Of a stretch of 64,000 nt of DNA, positions 50,721-59,659 are shown one piece after another (the first letter of the stretch is position 1; every line of letters starts with the position of its first letter). The stretch is from a virus. Lineage: Duplodnaviria > Caudoviricetes. The position numbers were made by a program, and so were the translations under genes. The notes beneath the pieces were generated by a model. That model saw only the letters and a list, made by a program, of their open reading frames with translations. It was not told the DNA's origin and did no database searches. The stretch is from positions 72,865-136,864 of IMG/VR virus record IMGVR_UViG_3300010162_000393, one strand, 5' to 3'.

Positions 50721-51219
50721 CTTCTTCGATTTTTGTATCAATAATATACGGATGGTATTTTGGTTTCAATATTTTATAATAGTAATTGATACTTATCCTT
50801 TCATCATTCTTGTGGGTTATCCACGTTTGAGAATGTTTTTCGGTTAATTCTTTTACTCTATCTATTATTGAACCGTTCTTATCCGTCTTATATTTATAAT
50901 CTAACCACGCTTCCCAGTACATTGTACTGCTTGAACAATCTGTTTTAGGTAAAACAAAAATAACGATTTGTTTTTTTAATATTACCAATGAAAAACGAGG
51001 ATCCCACTCATGTCGAAAAGAATCATATTTTGTTTTCCACCCCAAACTAACATAGTTAAACTTAAACCAATTATTTTTTGGTAAAAAATATGGAACACCC
51101 ATACTAACATTTCCAAAATACCATTTCAGTCTTAAACCAACAAATGGTGATGAAACCAAAACCCCTATCCAGCTCCAATGATAAGAAAAATAACTTTTTA
51201 TTCTTTTAACGATTTTCAT
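50698..51219 (-). CDS. Hypothetical phage protein
   Basis: 173-aa Trp-rich ORF, LGWKTKYD. Confidence 0.6.
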   Translation of the reverse strand: MKIVKRIKSYFSYHWSWIGVLVSSPFVGLRLKWYFGNVSMGVPYFLPKNNWFKFNYVSLGWKTKYDSFRHEWDPRFSLVILKKQIVIFVLPKTDCSSSTMYWEAWLDYKYKTDKNGSIIDRVKELTEKHSQTWITHKNDERISINYYYKILKPKYHPYIIDTKIEEDEENNTD

Positions 51220-51228
51220 TTTTACCTC

Positions 51229-51237
51229 CTATTTATT
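51229..51237 (+). promoter_or_regulatory. Late promoter motif CTATTTATT
   Basis: Upstream of an unannotated 50-aa ORF. Confidence 0.65.
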
Positions 51238-51266
51238 TAAAATAAAACTAATAAAATATCTGAAAC

Positions 51267-51419
51267 ATGGGATGTAATTGTCGTGGAAATTCTGCTAAAC
51301 CTGCCCCTCCTCAGCCGGTACTTAAACCTGTTAATACCGGTAGCGGTTCGACCGGTACTCCTGTTGCTAATCCGAGAACAGTTCAAGCGACCAGAAGAAC
51401 TATAATCAGAAGGGGTTAG
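51267..51419 (+). CDS. Small late protein MGCNC... (50 aa)
   Basis: MGCNCRGNSAKPAPPQPVLKPVNTGSGSTGTPVANPRTVQATRRTIIRRG; own late motif; GC-richer than flanks. Confidence 0.7.
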   Translation: MGCNCRGNSAKPAPPQPVLKPVNTGSGSTGTPVANPRTVQATRRTIIRRG

Positions 51420-51868
51420 ACTTTTTTGGATTTTTTATTTTTCTTTTCCTCCTTTTTCTCTTCCTCTATCTGTCTGATAGCATGTTGTCCGGCAAATATT
51501 GATAACACCAATTTTTCCCGATACTTTAAGTATGTTCCTTCATGGATTTCACCCTTAACAATGGTAGTCTTACCATTTTCATCATTAAATTCAACAAAGT
51601 TCAACGCATTGGCAACAATCAGTTTTTGTTGTTCTAATTCTAATCTATCAAACGCATCTTCGTATATAATTACGAATACCATTTCGTCCTTCTTACTAAT
51701 ATAATTTAATAAAGGACTTGATTTTGTTATTTGAATAACACTACTTTGCTTATCAACACCGAGATAAATGAAATCAATACCGATGGTACTTAAATAGGGG
51801 TTACTGGAAATCATAACATCATCCACTAATTTTTGGAGGTCTTGGGACATTTCAAAATAACTACTCAT
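51416..51868 (-). CDS. Phage metallopeptidase-like protein lacking HExxH
   Basis: FVIIYEDAFDRLELEQQKLIVANAL resembles the family, but the zinc motif is degenerate. Confidence 0.45.
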   Translation of the reverse strand: MSSYFEMSQDLQKLVDDVMISSNPYLSTIGIDFIYLGVDKQSSVIQITKSSPLLNYISKKDEMVFVIIYEDAFDRLELEQQKLIVANALNFVEFNDENGKTTIVKGEIHEGTYLKYREKLVLSIFAGQHAIRQIEEEKKEEKKNKKSKKV

Positions 51869-51936
51869 TTTATTACATTTTTTTAATTAATATTGTGTTA
51901 AATGTACATTTTTTTATATTTATATTAAAAGATTTG

Positions 51937-53201
51937 ATGCGCGGAAAAAACAAAACGTTAGAAGAGGTTATTAAAATAGCAAAAGAAATTCATGGAGACA
52001 AATATGATTATTCGATTACCGAGTATAAAGGTTCTAAAAAAAACATGTCTATAATTTGTAAAAAACACGGATGTTTTGAACAAAGAGCGTCTTCTCATTT
52101 AAAAGGAAATGGTTGTCCACAGTGTGGTGGATAGATGAGTGGATTGAAAAGGCAAAAACTATACATGGTAATAAATATGATTATTCTATTGTTGATTATA
52201 ACGGTTCTTATCAAAATGTTTCTATAATTTGTTCGATTCACGGTGTTTTTACTCAAAAAGCATATAAACATTTATCTGGGCGCGGATGTCAAAAATGTGT
52301 TAATAAGTATCGACCAACAACAGATGAGTGGGTTGAAAGAGCAAAAAACGTACATGGTGATAAATATGATTATTCAAAAACTATTTATGTTAATGCTAGA
52401 AAAAAAGTTCTTATAATTTGTTCTGAACACGGAGAATTTTGGCAAACCCCATATGATCATTTAAATGGATGTGGGTGCTTGAGTTGTAGTGGGAAAAATA
52501 TGTTAACAATAGATGAATTTATAAAAATCGCAAATAAAACACATGGTTGTAAATATGATTATTCAAATGTAAAATATAATAATTCTCAACAAAAGGTGTC
52601 TATTATTTGTCCAAAACATGGGGAATTTTTACAAATACCTGTTCATCATTTAAGAGGTAGTGGTTGCCCAAAATGTGCTGGTAAAAATTTAACAACAGAA
52701 GAATGGGTTGTAAAAGTAAAAGATGTTCATAAAAATAAATATGATTATTCAAAAACAAAATATGTTAATGTTAAAACTAAAATTTGTATTGTTTGTTCAA
52801 AACATGGGGAATTTTGGAAAACACCTAGTGAACATTTATCAGGGCAAGGTTGTCCAAATTGTAACTCTTCAAAAATGGAAAATATTGTTGTTAGATTTTT
52901 GGAAACACGCGGTGTTTTACATGAGAGAAGATATAGAGGGTTTGAGTGGTTAAAAAATGAGAAAAAACTCGAATTAGATTTTTATTTACCAGAACACAAT
53001 ATTGCGATTGAATGTCAAGGGGTACAACATTTTAAACCGATTGATTGTTGGGGTGGTGATAAATCTTTAGATTATATTCAAAAAAACGATAAATTAAAAA
53101 AACGCTTGTGTGATGATTATAATATCCCTCTTTACTACATAAATTACAACGACAATATCGAAGAAAAGTTAAATGATATTTTTACTAATATTTTAAAATA
53201 A
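51937..53201 (+). pseudogene. Frameshifted zinc-ribbon-repeat (DUF723-like) endonuclease with a DUF559-like C-terminus
   Basis: KYDYS..IIC..HG.F....HL.G.GC..C repeats continue across a frame break at about 52130; LELDFYLP..IAIECQGVQH. Confidence 0.7.
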
Positions 53202-53227
53202 AAAAACCCCAAGTTTAAAACTTGGGG
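53199..53227 (-). terminator. Intrinsic terminator
   Basis: CCCCAAGTTT/AAACTTGGGG perfect stem with T-run on the minus strand. Confidence 0.8.
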
Positions 53228-53245
53228 ATAAAGAATTACTTGAAA

Positions 53246-53506
53246 AAAAGACTTGCGGTCGCGATAAGTATGAGTGCGATTCTTTCCGCTTTAAAAATTT
53301 CTTTCACTCTTTTTTGCGAGTCGGGGAAGTCCCCAACGAACATTGTTGGTAAGAGGAACTTACATTTAGTCTTTTAAAAAACAAGCGGTTTGTAAGCGAA
53401 TATTAACCATTATCAATGTAGGAACAAAACTATGCTTGTTTATCGGTAAAAAGCGGTAACTACAAACTCGTTCATGTAACGTGGATAGGAAGTTACTTTG
53501 CTTTTT
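53246..53506 (-). ncRNA. Array of three structurally conserved hairpin RNAs with variable loops
   Basis: Each unit has an outer stem, internal loop, inner stem, invariant UUCCU and CCGC; stems differ in sequence but keep pairing; late motif upstream and terminator downstream. Confidence 0.65.
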
Positions 53507-53510
53507 ATAT

Positions 53511-53519
53511 TATAAATAT
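53511..53519 (-). promoter_or_regulatory. Late promoter variant ATATTTATA driving the RNA array
   Basis: Minus strand ATATTTATAATATAAAAAG directly before the first unit. Confidence 0.55.
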
Positions 53520-53524
53520 ACGAT

Positions 53525-55348
53525 TTATTCAAATAATTTCAAAATATCATCTTTGGATAATATTTTATCTTTTGAATAGGTCATATTTACATTTGCTTTT
53601 TTAAGAACATCGTCAATGGTAAGATAATGTTCATGTGATGAAGTGAATATATCTAATATTATTCCATTGATATTATCAATACTTGAAACACGTTTTTTTG
53701 ACGACTGCATATTTGCAAACACAAATTTGTTTTCAAAAAATGTTCCGATTATTTTTTCACCTTCAATAATATCATCATATTGATATATGATGTTATCCGG
53801 GTTTACCATATAATTTTTGAAACCTATTATTGTTTTTACATTTTCTTTTGCGAAGAAAACCTTATATTTTGCTTTCCCTTCTGTTGGAAAATCAGATGTT
53901 TCGCGTTTTTCTCTAACAAAACAATATGGATTAACCCTAACACTACCTACTGTTTGTGCTAAATTACTTTTTTTGTAAAGTAGTTCGCTTGCGCCATTTG
54001 GGGCGGTAGTCATATCACCGGAATATATAAATGTTTTTTCCTCATTATAATAACATGTATTCCATCCTATTTTCATTCCGGATTTATCTATGTATGATAA
54101 ATCAAGATCTCGTGCACCATCCTTTTCATGCCAATATATTCCAATAATTGTGTCTTCAAAATCCAAATCAACCCATGAATATAAAGGAATTTCACCCATA
54201 AACGATTTTTCGGAAGTTGGACAAACGAGATTTATATTTAACGGTAACTCAACAACATTTGTTCCAACGTTGTCTTTTACTTTTTTCACAATATGACCTA
54301 TCAATGTGTTTTTTAGAGAAATTAGTCTATGTACGGTTTTAGGTGTTATTTCCGATTTATTACTATTATCTTTCACAAACATTTTTCCATTTCTAACAAA
54401 ATATATGTTGTGTTTCAATGTGCTATTCAATTTAATGTTAATCAAATTGTATAACGATATCATTTTATATGTTGTTAGATTTTCAATAGAATTATTTATT
54501 GATTCAAATATAAATTCATCCAAAGAACTATCCGGAGAATTTATTACTGAAATAACCTTTGTCCAAAACGGTGCATTGAATGGAGTATGATTTGTTCTTG
54601 CCATTCTTCTGATTTTGTTTATCTTGTATTGATTTTGTTTCTTCAATGCAAGGAACAATGGTTTGAATCTGAAAAATATTTGAGAAAATCTTTCAAGTAG
54701 AATATTAGGAATAATAACATTACTGTTTTTCAAGGTTTCAATTGTTTTTTTGTCTTTGATTAACATTGTTTTTCCAGTTACTTGATAGATAAAACACCTT
54801 AATGCGCTTTCAGGATTGGTTGGATATATACCCATATTAACCGCTATGATTGCTTGCGCTTCCCTGTTTTTTACCTTGTCAATATCAACACAGTCGCCAA
54901 GAACATCTAAAATGTTTTCAATAGTGGTTTGTTTCAACGCCACACCAGAATATAACATGTTCTGGCAGCGCGTTATTGCTTCATCAAAAGGAATACCTTT
55001 GATAAATTTTACATTCATTGATTTCAAGTCAATCGGAGTGTTATTTACAATAAATGGTTGTTCCAACTCTAATGTGTACGAAGTAAAATAATGGAGAATT
55101 TGATCCATAAACAATTCAAAACGTGTTCGAGAAGTTACATCTTCAAATGTTTTATAAAATGTTGTATTTGGATTGAATTTATTTTCCTTTACCCATTCCA
55201 TTACACATTCTATGTCGATGTTATTATCGCACACATATCCGTACTCTAACAATTTCTTGACCGTTTTGTCATATCTTGTTACGTTTTCCTCAACGACTGC
55301 CATCTTGAAGAGGTCTAATATCGTTTTCTTTTGTTTTGAATTTAGCAT
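53525..55348 (-). CDS. Large helical protein with a C-terminal TerD-like domain
   Basis: IIGIYW...RDLDLS...IGWN...YSGDMTTAPNGASE TerD-like signature; N-terminal NTTFYKTF...DQILHYFTSY. Confidence 0.6.
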   Translation of the reverse strand: MLNSKQKKTILDLFKMAVVEENVTRYDKTVKKLLEYGYVCDNNIDIECVMEWVKENKFNPNTTFYKTFEDVTSRTRFELFMDQILHYFTSYTLELEQPFIVNNTPIDLKSMNVKFIKGIPFDEAITRCQNMLYSGVALKQTTIENILDVLGDCVDIDKVKNREAQAIIAVNMGIYPTNPESALRCFIYQVTGKTMLIKDKKTIETLKNSNVIIPNILLERFSQIFFRFKPLFLALKKQNQYKINKIRRMARTNHTPFNAPFWTKVISVINSPDSSLDEFIFESINNSIENLTTYKMISLYNLINIKLNSTLKHNIYFVRNGKMFVKDNSNKSEITPKTVHRLISLKNTLIGHIVKKVKDNVGTNVVELPLNINLVCPTSEKSFMGEIPLYSWVDLDFEDTIIGIYWHEKDGARDLDLSYIDKSGMKIGWNTCYYNEEKTFIYSGDMTTAPNGASELLYKKSNLAQTVGSVRVNPYCFVREKRETSDFPTEGKAKYKVFFAKENVKTIIGFKNYMVNPDNIIYQYDDIIEGEKIIGTFFENKFVFANMQSSKKRVSSIDNINGIILDIFTSSHEHYLTIDDVLKKANVNMTYSKDKILSKDDILKLFE

Positions 55349-55387
55349 TTTGTTTAAATTTAAGGTTTTGTGTATAAATATACACCA

Positions 55388-56542
55388 TTAATCTTTTAAA
55401 CCCAATTTTTCTCTAACCATTTTACCTGTTACAATAATATTTGGATTATTTTCTGAATTAGATATTTCAAACATATAATCTCCCAATACCTTTTCCATGG
55501 TTGTTCGCAAACTTCTTGCTCCCGTTTTGTTTATCATAGAATAATCAGCGATTGCGTCATAAGCATCTTCTTCAAATGATAGTTTTATACCATCAATTTC
55601 AAACAACCATTGGTATTGATTTACAATACTATTCTTAGGTTCGGTTAATATTCTTCTAATAGCATTTCTATTTAATGTTTCTGTTGATGTTAGTATTGGT
55701 AATCTACCAACAAGTTCTCTCAACATTCCGAAAGATTGTAAATCTTCTGATGTTGTATATGAAAATACCCTTTCAGGATCATATTGTTCTGCTTCGTCTG
55801 GTTTGTTGTATCCGATTTTTTTTACGTTTAATCGACGCTCAATCGTTTTTTCCATACCGTCAAACGCACCCATACAAATGAACAATACGTTTGTTGTATC
55901 AAAATCTACGTGTTTTTTTCCAGCGTCATAACTACGTTTTTCAGCAGGATAACATCTTATTACATCCCCTTCCATCATTTTCAATAATTCATACTGCACA
56001 TCCATTCCTGATACATCTCTTTTAATTGATTCGCTCTGATCTTTGTTTCGTATCTTATCAATTTCATCAATTATGATAACACCGTGTTGCGCCTTATTCA
56101 AATCTCCGCCAGCAGCGGTATATAAACCGTTTAATACGTTATCCACATCGCTTCCGACATATCCGGATGCTGTCATTGTTGAAGCATCTGAAATATAAAA
56201 TGGTACATTTAAGCACTGACAAATCGTTTTCAAGAGATAAGTCTTCCCTGAACCGGTACCGCCTATCAATAAGATGTTAGATTTATCAATCAATCTACCA
56301 CTATCCTTGTTTCTCATATTATGTGAAATGCGTTTATAGTGGTTATAAACCGCAGTACACAATACTCTTTTTGTTTCCTCATTACCAATAACATATTCAT
56401 CCAACCTTGCTTTTAATACAGATGGTTTAATAAGAGATAGTGTTGGTGATTGCATTTCTGCAATTTGTTTATAAACATCTATCTGTTTGTTGTCGTCGCT
56501 TGAAGCGAATTTTGGTGGTCTTACTATATTTGTCGTCGCCAT
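55388..56542 (-). CDS. clpX: ClpX-like AAA+ unfoldase lacking the N-terminal zinc domain
   Basis: AVYNHYKR, KSNILLIGGTGSGKT, GYVG.DV, IIDEIDK, RDVSG, NVLFICMGAF, GARSLR. Confidence 0.92.
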   Translation of the reverse strand: MATTNIVRPPKFASSDDNKQIDVYKQIAEMQSPTLSLIKPSVLKARLDEYVIGNEETKRVLCTAVYNHYKRISHNMRNKDSGRLIDKSNILLIGGTGSGKTYLLKTICQCLNVPFYISDASTMTASGYVGSDVDNVLNGLYTAAGGDLNKAQHGVIIIDEIDKIRNKDQSESIKRDVSGMDVQYELLKMMEGDVIRCYPAEKRSYDAGKKHVDFDTTNVLFICMGAFDGMEKTIERRLNVKKIGYNKPDEAEQYDPERVFSYTTSEDLQSFGMLRELVGRLPILTSTETLNRNAIRRILTEPKNSIVNQYQWLFEIDGIKLSFEEDAYDAIADYSMINKTGARSLRTTMEKVLGDYMFEISNSENNPNIIVTGKMVREKLGLKD

Positions 56543-56599
56543 TTTTACTTAAAATTTTTAATATTATGTGTGTAATATAAAAATAAAAAAATTTTCTGA

Positions 56600-57496
56600 T
56601 CACTCATCGGTTTCCGGTGGGGTCGTATCTAACAACACAAACGGTTTGACTGTTGTTTTATCAACCCTTTCCTGTGCGGTTTGACAATACTTCGGGTCTA
56701 TATCAATACCCAAAAAGTTTCTACCATGTTCTTTTGCTACTTTGGTAGTGGTTCCGCAACCATTGAAAATATCTAAAATGGTGTCACCTCTACCGGAAAA
56801 CAATTTGATTGCTCTATACGCAATACCCTCTGGAAACATTGCCGGGTGTCCGTATTCTTTCATTTTTGCTTCACCTGGTAATGACCACACACCGTTTTTG
56901 ACGAAATCGCTAAACTCTGTCTTTTGCATGTCGTCCTGTTCTTTATGGTTGGGTATTTCATGTTTTATATTACCTTTCGCATATACTTCGATAAACTCTT
57001 GTGTGTGTTTCATAAATGGACTAGAACTAGATCTATAACTTCCCCAACATGAATATGCGCAATTTCTTTGATTTTTTTCCCATATTATTTCATCACGCCA
57101 TATCCATTTTTGTTGAATAAACCATGCTGTTATAATATGATGTGTTGGAATAAAATCCGAATACAATGGCATAACATTTATGATTATTCTCCCACCATAT
57201 TTTACAACCCTTGCTGTTTCACCTAATATTTCAAACAAGTTATCAAAATAATCACTATTGGTTGAATTATCATCATATTCGTTATAACTCTTTCCAAAAT
57301 TATATGGTGGAGATGTTAATACCAAATCAATACAATTATCCGGTAGTTTTTTCAAAACCTCTAAACTATCACCACATATAATCTTATTCTTAAATTCTTC
57401 CGGTATTTCAACATTAACTTTTGAAAAGTTATTGTCATTTGCGTAAAAATGTAATACCCTTTTTCTCTTACGTTTTTTGATTTCAGTTTTTGCCAT
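56600..57496 (-). CDS. Beta-class N4-cytosine/N6-adenine DNA methyltransferase
   Basis: LTSPPYN, IIWEK, HPAMFP, LDIFNGCGTT. Confidence 0.9.
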   Translation of the reverse strand: MAKTEIKKRKRKRVLHFYANDNNFSKVNVEIPEEFKNKIICGDSLEVLKKLPDNCIDLVLTSPPYNFGKSYNEYDDNSTNSDYFDNLFEILGETARVVKYGGRIIINVMPLYSDFIPTHHIITAWFIQQKWIWRDEIIWEKNQRNCAYSCWGSYRSSSSPFMKHTQEFIEVYAKGNIKHEIPNHKEQDDMQKTEFSDFVKNGVWSLPGEAKMKEYGHPAMFPEGIAYRAIKLFSGRGDTILDIFNGCGTTTKVAKEHGRNFLGIDIDPKYCQTAQERVDKTTVKPFVLLDTTPPETDE

Positions 57497-58391
57497 TATT
57501 AAAAATATTATTAATGTATTGAACACCTTTTTGTGTTACTAACGGTTGTAATGTATATCTGGTTTTATTTGGAACCAAAACCTTACGCATTTTGAAAAAA
57601 CCTTTGTTGATAAACTCTTGTTTCGGTTCGTTCCTATCCTTGAAGAAAATTCCTCTCTCACGTAAATTTTTAAAAAGTAGATTTCTTCCAAATGGTAATT
57701 CTAATACCTTTGCAACTTCACCGATGTTCAAATCCTCGTTGTCAACATCTATTACTTGATTAACATAGTCTAATCTCGGTTTTATTTCAAAATACCAATT
57801 TTCTGCTTTTTCAATTCTGTTATTCAAAAATGTTATTTGGTTTCTTTGTTCAAAGTAAACTGTTTTTGCTTTTTCGATTCGATTTTCTAAAAAAGTCGTT
57901 TTTTCTTTCAGTTGAAGATTTTCTAATTCAAAACGTTTTAAAGTGGATTGATATACATTTTTGATTCGTTCTTCAATGTCTTTTTCTGTATCCCCTTCTT
58001 TGGTTAAAACATATCCACCATGTTTGCGAATTGATGGTAAAACCTCTGATGTTATCCACTTGCGAAATTGCTTCGCTATTGGTTTACGACTATCAAGAAC
58101 TACGTCGTACATACCATCTTCGTTAACAAACAGGGCTTGTTGTTTCCTACCAAGTCTATCAAAGATGGGGTGGGTTGAAACCACCCCATCTTCAAGTCGG
58201 CGATTAACTTCTTTTGCTTCAAGTAGTAGTACCTTACAAAGGTCAGTTAGACAAAATAAAGGATTTTCAGAATCTCCTACAACCCTAACTTCTCCAAACT
58301 CTTTGTGATTAAAAATTTGAACCCCGTTAGAATTAGGTATATAAGTGACCTGTGTATCTTCTTCTTTTCTATTTTTATTAATATTCTCCAT
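57483..58391 (-). CDS. BRO-N / KilA-C antirepressor
   Basis: FNHKEFGEVRV..PLFCL, SRKPIAKQFRKWITSEVLPSIRKHGGY, GRNLLF..LR, VTQKG. Confidence 0.88.
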   Translation of the reverse strand: MENINKNRKEEDTQVTYIPNSNGVQIFNHKEFGEVRVVGDSENPLFCLTDLCKVLLLEAKEVNRRLEDGVVSTHPIFDRLGRKQQALFVNEDGMYDVVLDSRKPIAKQFRKWITSEVLPSIRKHGGYVLTKEGDTEKDIEERIKNVYQSTLKRFELENLQLKEKTTFLENRIEKAKTVYFEQRNQITFLNNRIEKAENWYFEIKPRLDYVNQVIDVDNEDLNIGEVAKVLELPFGRNLLFKNLRERGIFFKDRNEPKQEFINKGFFKMRKVLVPNKTRYTLQPLVTQKGVQYINNIFNNGKN

Positions 58392-58442
58392 TTTTACACA
58401 TTTAAAATTTCATTCTAATAACATTTCAAAAATATTTTCTGA

Positions 58443-59189
58443 TCACATAACAATGTTATTTTCTATTCGATATTTTGCAATATCATAATATTTTTCGTCT
58501 AATTCTATTCCAATGTAATTTCGGTTTTCCATTTTTGCTGCGATGCAAGTGCTGCCGGAACCCATAAATGGATCAACAACTAAATCACCTTCGTTGGAAT
58601 AACTTCGTATTAACCATTGTAACAGAGATACAGGTTTTAGAAATGGATGTATTTTTCCTTGTTGTTGTCTGGACCACTTTTGTGGAAACTTTTCGGAAGA
58701 TAATATGGTTGAAGGATGGCGAGTACCACTGTTATTTGTTTCAACCCCTTTTACACCAAAATTCAAATTATTAGTTTTTGTTGCTGTGTAACTTCGTTTG
58801 TATGGTTCTCCAACTTCCATTTGAGGATTATATAGAGATGCAGAGTCGCCAAAGATAAGTATGAATTCGTGTTTTTTTAATGGCATATGTTTAGCAGTCA
58901 ATGGACTACCACACTTACTTTTTTCCCAAATCAATTCATATCTGAATTTTTTTAGGTTACTCATAACAAGTTTATGATAAAAATATCCACCTGCAAATAT
59001 AAGGATATTTCTCTTCGGTTTAATTATCCTGTTAAATTGCATCCACATAACATTTAAATCAATTTCTTGATCTATTGGTGTATTATGAATACTATATGGG
59101 GGGTCTAATAACAACAAATCTACACTGTTGTCAGGTAGATTGTTTAACAGTTCTAAACTGTTTCCACAATAAATTTGGTTTTCTAACAC
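58443..59189 (-). CDS. Beta-class N6-adenine DNA methyltransferase
   Basis: LLDPPY, IWEK, HPFLKPV, VDPFMGSGST, GIELD. Confidence 0.9.
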   Translation of the reverse strand: MLENQIYCGNSLELLNNLPDNSVDLLLLDPPYSIHNTPIDQEIDLNVMWMQFNRIIKPKRNILIFAGGYFYHKLVMSNLKKFRYELIWEKSKCGSPLTAKHMPLKKHEFILIFGDSASLYNPQMEVGEPYKRSYTATKTNNLNFGVKGVETNNSGTRHPSTILSSEKFPQKWSRQQQGKIHPFLKPVSLLQWLIRSYSNEGDLVVDPFMGSGSTCIAAKMENRNYIGIELDEKYYDIAKYRIENNIVM

Positions 59190-59214
59190 ATTGAAAAAGA
59201 TTATTTACCTTTTT

Positions 59215-59222
59215 CAAATATA
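59215..59222 (-). promoter_or_regulatory. Bacteroidota-type -7 element TATATTTG
   Basis: TAnnTTTG upstream of the methyltransferase. Confidence 0.4.
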
Positions 59223-59239
59223 CGATGTTGTGTTAAGGA

Positions 59240-59659
59240 TTACAAATCTTCCGCTTTTTCTAAATCGGGGTTATTTTTAAAAAATTCTTCGGTTTGTTTT
59301 TGTAAATATTTTTGTAATTGTTCTCTTGTTGTTTCTTCTTTTCTTTGATTTTCTTTTACTAATTTCATCCATATTATTGGATGACCTTTTGATTTACAAG
59401 TAGCATAAATGAAATATGGTATAAAAAAAATTGAATAAAGTCCTACCATACATAACCACCATAAACAGCAAACCCATAATGCACTTATACTATATTCAAG
59501 TAAAGTAACACCATTTGTATTTGCATCACCTAACCATGCCATTAAATAAACAGCGATGGCGGCTGCTACGGGAAATGCTACCGCTACGTAAAATAATGCG
59601 TTGTTAAGATCAGTAGGAAACCACTCTGTGAACTTAATTCTTTGTTTCTTCGATGTCAT
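59240..59659 (-). CDS. Two-TM membrane protein
   Basis: Two hydrophobic helices. Confidence 0.6.
   Translation of the reverse strand: MTSKKQRIKFTEWFPTDLNNALFYVAVAFPVAAAIAVYLMAWLGDANTNGVTLLEYSISALWVCCLWWLCMVGLYSIFFIPYFIYATCKSKGHPIIWMKLVKENQRKEETTREQLQKYLQKQTEEFFKNNPDLEKAEDL

Noticed and set aside
52113-52140. TAG readthrough or alternative genetic code
   Set aside because: The continuation is in a different frame; long genes are intact under code 11 and TAG/TGA are used as normal stops
53246-53506. Array as CRISPR, tRNA genes or type III antitoxin repeats
   Set aside because: Units share structure but not direct-repeat sequence, there is no cloverleaf/T-loop/CCA, no cas genes, and the array lies downstream of the protein
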